Source: Spirogloea muscicola
Lineage: Eukaryota
Direction of reading: 5' to 3'
DNA: 48,019 nucleotides
Assembly: GCA_009602725.1 (NCBI GenBank)
Contig: WELB01000025.1
Span: 911,853-959,871, forward strand
Shown in pieces: positions 46,150 to 48,019 of this stretch (positions within the stretch are counted from its first letter, which is position 1; every line of letters begins with the position of its first letter). The translations under genes and the position numbers were made by a program. The notes under the pieces were generated by a model. That model did not search any database, had not been told where the DNA came from, and saw nothing but the letters and a program-made list of their open reading frames with translations.

Positions 46150-48019
46150 AGACAAAATTGAAGCCACATTTCAGCCTCTCTGTGGCAGCTCGGCACATGT
46201 ACATCGTGACACCGTTATGACGCTCTGTACTGCGCAAGCATGACTCCCCTGCAAGTTTCTCAGGGTCAAAGACCCGTTTATTAGAGGGAGGTGGAGCTGG
46301 GAAAAATGCTGCAAGTCGTGGGGGTCAAAATGCACGGCTTGCAGCTGAAAATTGTTGCACAGCAGGGCGCAACCACTCCAGGCAGATGTCTTTGTCTGTC
46401 CTGGCTAATACGTACAGTAAATTCTACAGATGTGGCTGGTCTGTGAGCACAAGGTCCTCAGTGCTCATTTAAAATAAAATACAAGCGAGCTGCAAGGATG
46501 AAAGGAACAGCACCCTCATAGAGGTGGTGTTGGGGTGTTGTATCTCAGCCGCATTGCTCAGCCACATTGTATCTCAGCCACATTGCTCAGCCACATGACC
46601 TTCTTTGTTGCATCTTACCATTATTGTACACAGCATGCTACATCCTAGACAGCAGTTGGCCGCTACTTTGAGGTCGGTATGTACACTGTGTACCCTTCTA
46701 AGCCTGTATGTACATCACAGGCTCAGAAGTACCTGGTAGGCCGTCCCAAGCCTGTAACAGACTGGTGAGGCTTAAGCTGTCAAGCAACTGCTTTGTCTCC
46801 GGCAGGACTGCAATTGGCACCTGTTCAAGGCACTGAGCACCTTGTTTGAGAATCAGTAACTCCAATTTGGCTCATGAAGACTAGGAAGACACAGGGCAGC
46901 AGCGGGAGCTGACTAGTGGTTGTGGATGTGATGTGGAGCACAAGATGTCTACCAAACAATCATGGATGGCAAGGATAACCTTAGAGCACTACTTGGTGTG
47001 TAACACAATCCAGCCTTTGAGAGTTTGTAGAATCTCCATGCAGACGAGGACCACACCTTAACGAGACCAGAAGACTCGTGGGCAGTCTCCACCAAGGATT
47101 CAGCATGCCCGACTGCCTGAGAGAAAGAGAGTAGACGAATGCGTCAGCTGCACCTACCTTTTTACGAAGAGCATGTACTCTGCACCTGACAAATGATCCC
47201 AGTGAAAGGAATGTGGCCGTTTTCTGTAAGACCGAGTCGCACCTCGACTACTGGAGAAGAAGTCTGGCCGGTGTCTACCAAGAAGCTTGCAGGATTGACC
47301 GCCTACAGGAGGAAGAGAGCAGACGCACACATCAGCGGCACTAGAAAACGGCAGGCATGAGGGCTTGACCATGCATTTCGCACCTGCCATGTAATCTCAG
47401 CAAAAGCACTGTGGCCCTTCTTTGTGTTCTCGGGTGGCCATCGCTCTATAGAGGTCACACTCACAAACTGAACATCATACTCTCCACATTGCCAGCTGGG
47501 TAGATGCAAGGTGATAACTGCAAAGACGTGCTCAGTGAGCCAACCGCTGGCTCTGACCTCTGGGCTTGCAACCAAGGACAGGAGCCAACCTCGGCCATGC
47601 GCAGCAGTGTCGCCATGAGCTGATCCAGCAGTTCTCCCAGCAGATCTCTGCGAGTTTCTCTACCCTGTGGAATCGTGCTTGCCCTGACCAGACGGATCGA
47701 GCGAGGCTGCGCAGAAGCCTGTGCGTCACCGGCAGGCAACGGACGAGAATTCAGCAGACGCCAGATTGCACGGCCACGGCGGGGTGCGCAGCTCAAGCAT
47801 ACGGTGCATGTGCGTGTGCTGGCGCAATTGAAGGCAGCCGCAGAAGAATATGCGGCTGGATTGACTCGTCCAAGGCAGAATGCTTCACCAGCCTGGGCCG
47901 GCACTCGGAACGCACCGCGTCTGCGGCGAGCAAACCGGCCTCGGGCCCGGCGGGCGTGCCGGGACCGCGGTCCCCGGCGGGCCGCGGCGCGGCCGAGAGC
48001 CGGCGCAGGTTGCGGCCGG
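46150..48019 (-). pseudogene. Unknown intron-containing gene family, copy 3 (5' end runs off the window)
   Basis: 60-nt exons 47302-47243 (AVNPASFLVDTGQTSSPVVE) and 47116-47057 (AVGHAESLVETAHESSGLVK). Downstream homology: cacctctatgagggt, ttttcagctgcaag..ccccacgacttgc. The 5' GC-rich gcctcgggcccggcgggcgt matches ~29322. Confidence 0.6.

Overview
Eukaryotic nuclear DNA, GC-rich with many short GT-AG introns. It is most likely from a streptophyte green alga or early plant lineage (inference from a NAC factor, a plant-type SnRK1 beta-gamma subunit and plant-type nad1). The first ~17.5 kb holds three spliced genes: transportin-1 (+, 29 exons), SNF4/KINbeta-gamma (-, first coding exon presumably lost in an N gap) and a divergent NAC transcription factor (-). 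The remaining ~30 kb is mostly decayed transposons. It contains a Ty3/Gypsy retrotransposon whose polyprotein carries a C5 DNA cytosine methyltransferase between protease and RT and a PHD finger after the integrase. That element also has four internal repeats at domain boundaries and a mitochondrial nad1 fragment inserted in its gag zinc knuckle. There are two long and many 5'-truncated CRE-like (RT plus restriction-like endonuclease) non-LTR retrotransposons, which share a structured 3' hairpin module present about 20 times. Three decayed copies of an unrecognised gene family built from tandem ~60-nt exon/intron units are also present. All calls come from manual reading; no searches were run, and TE boundaries are approximate.
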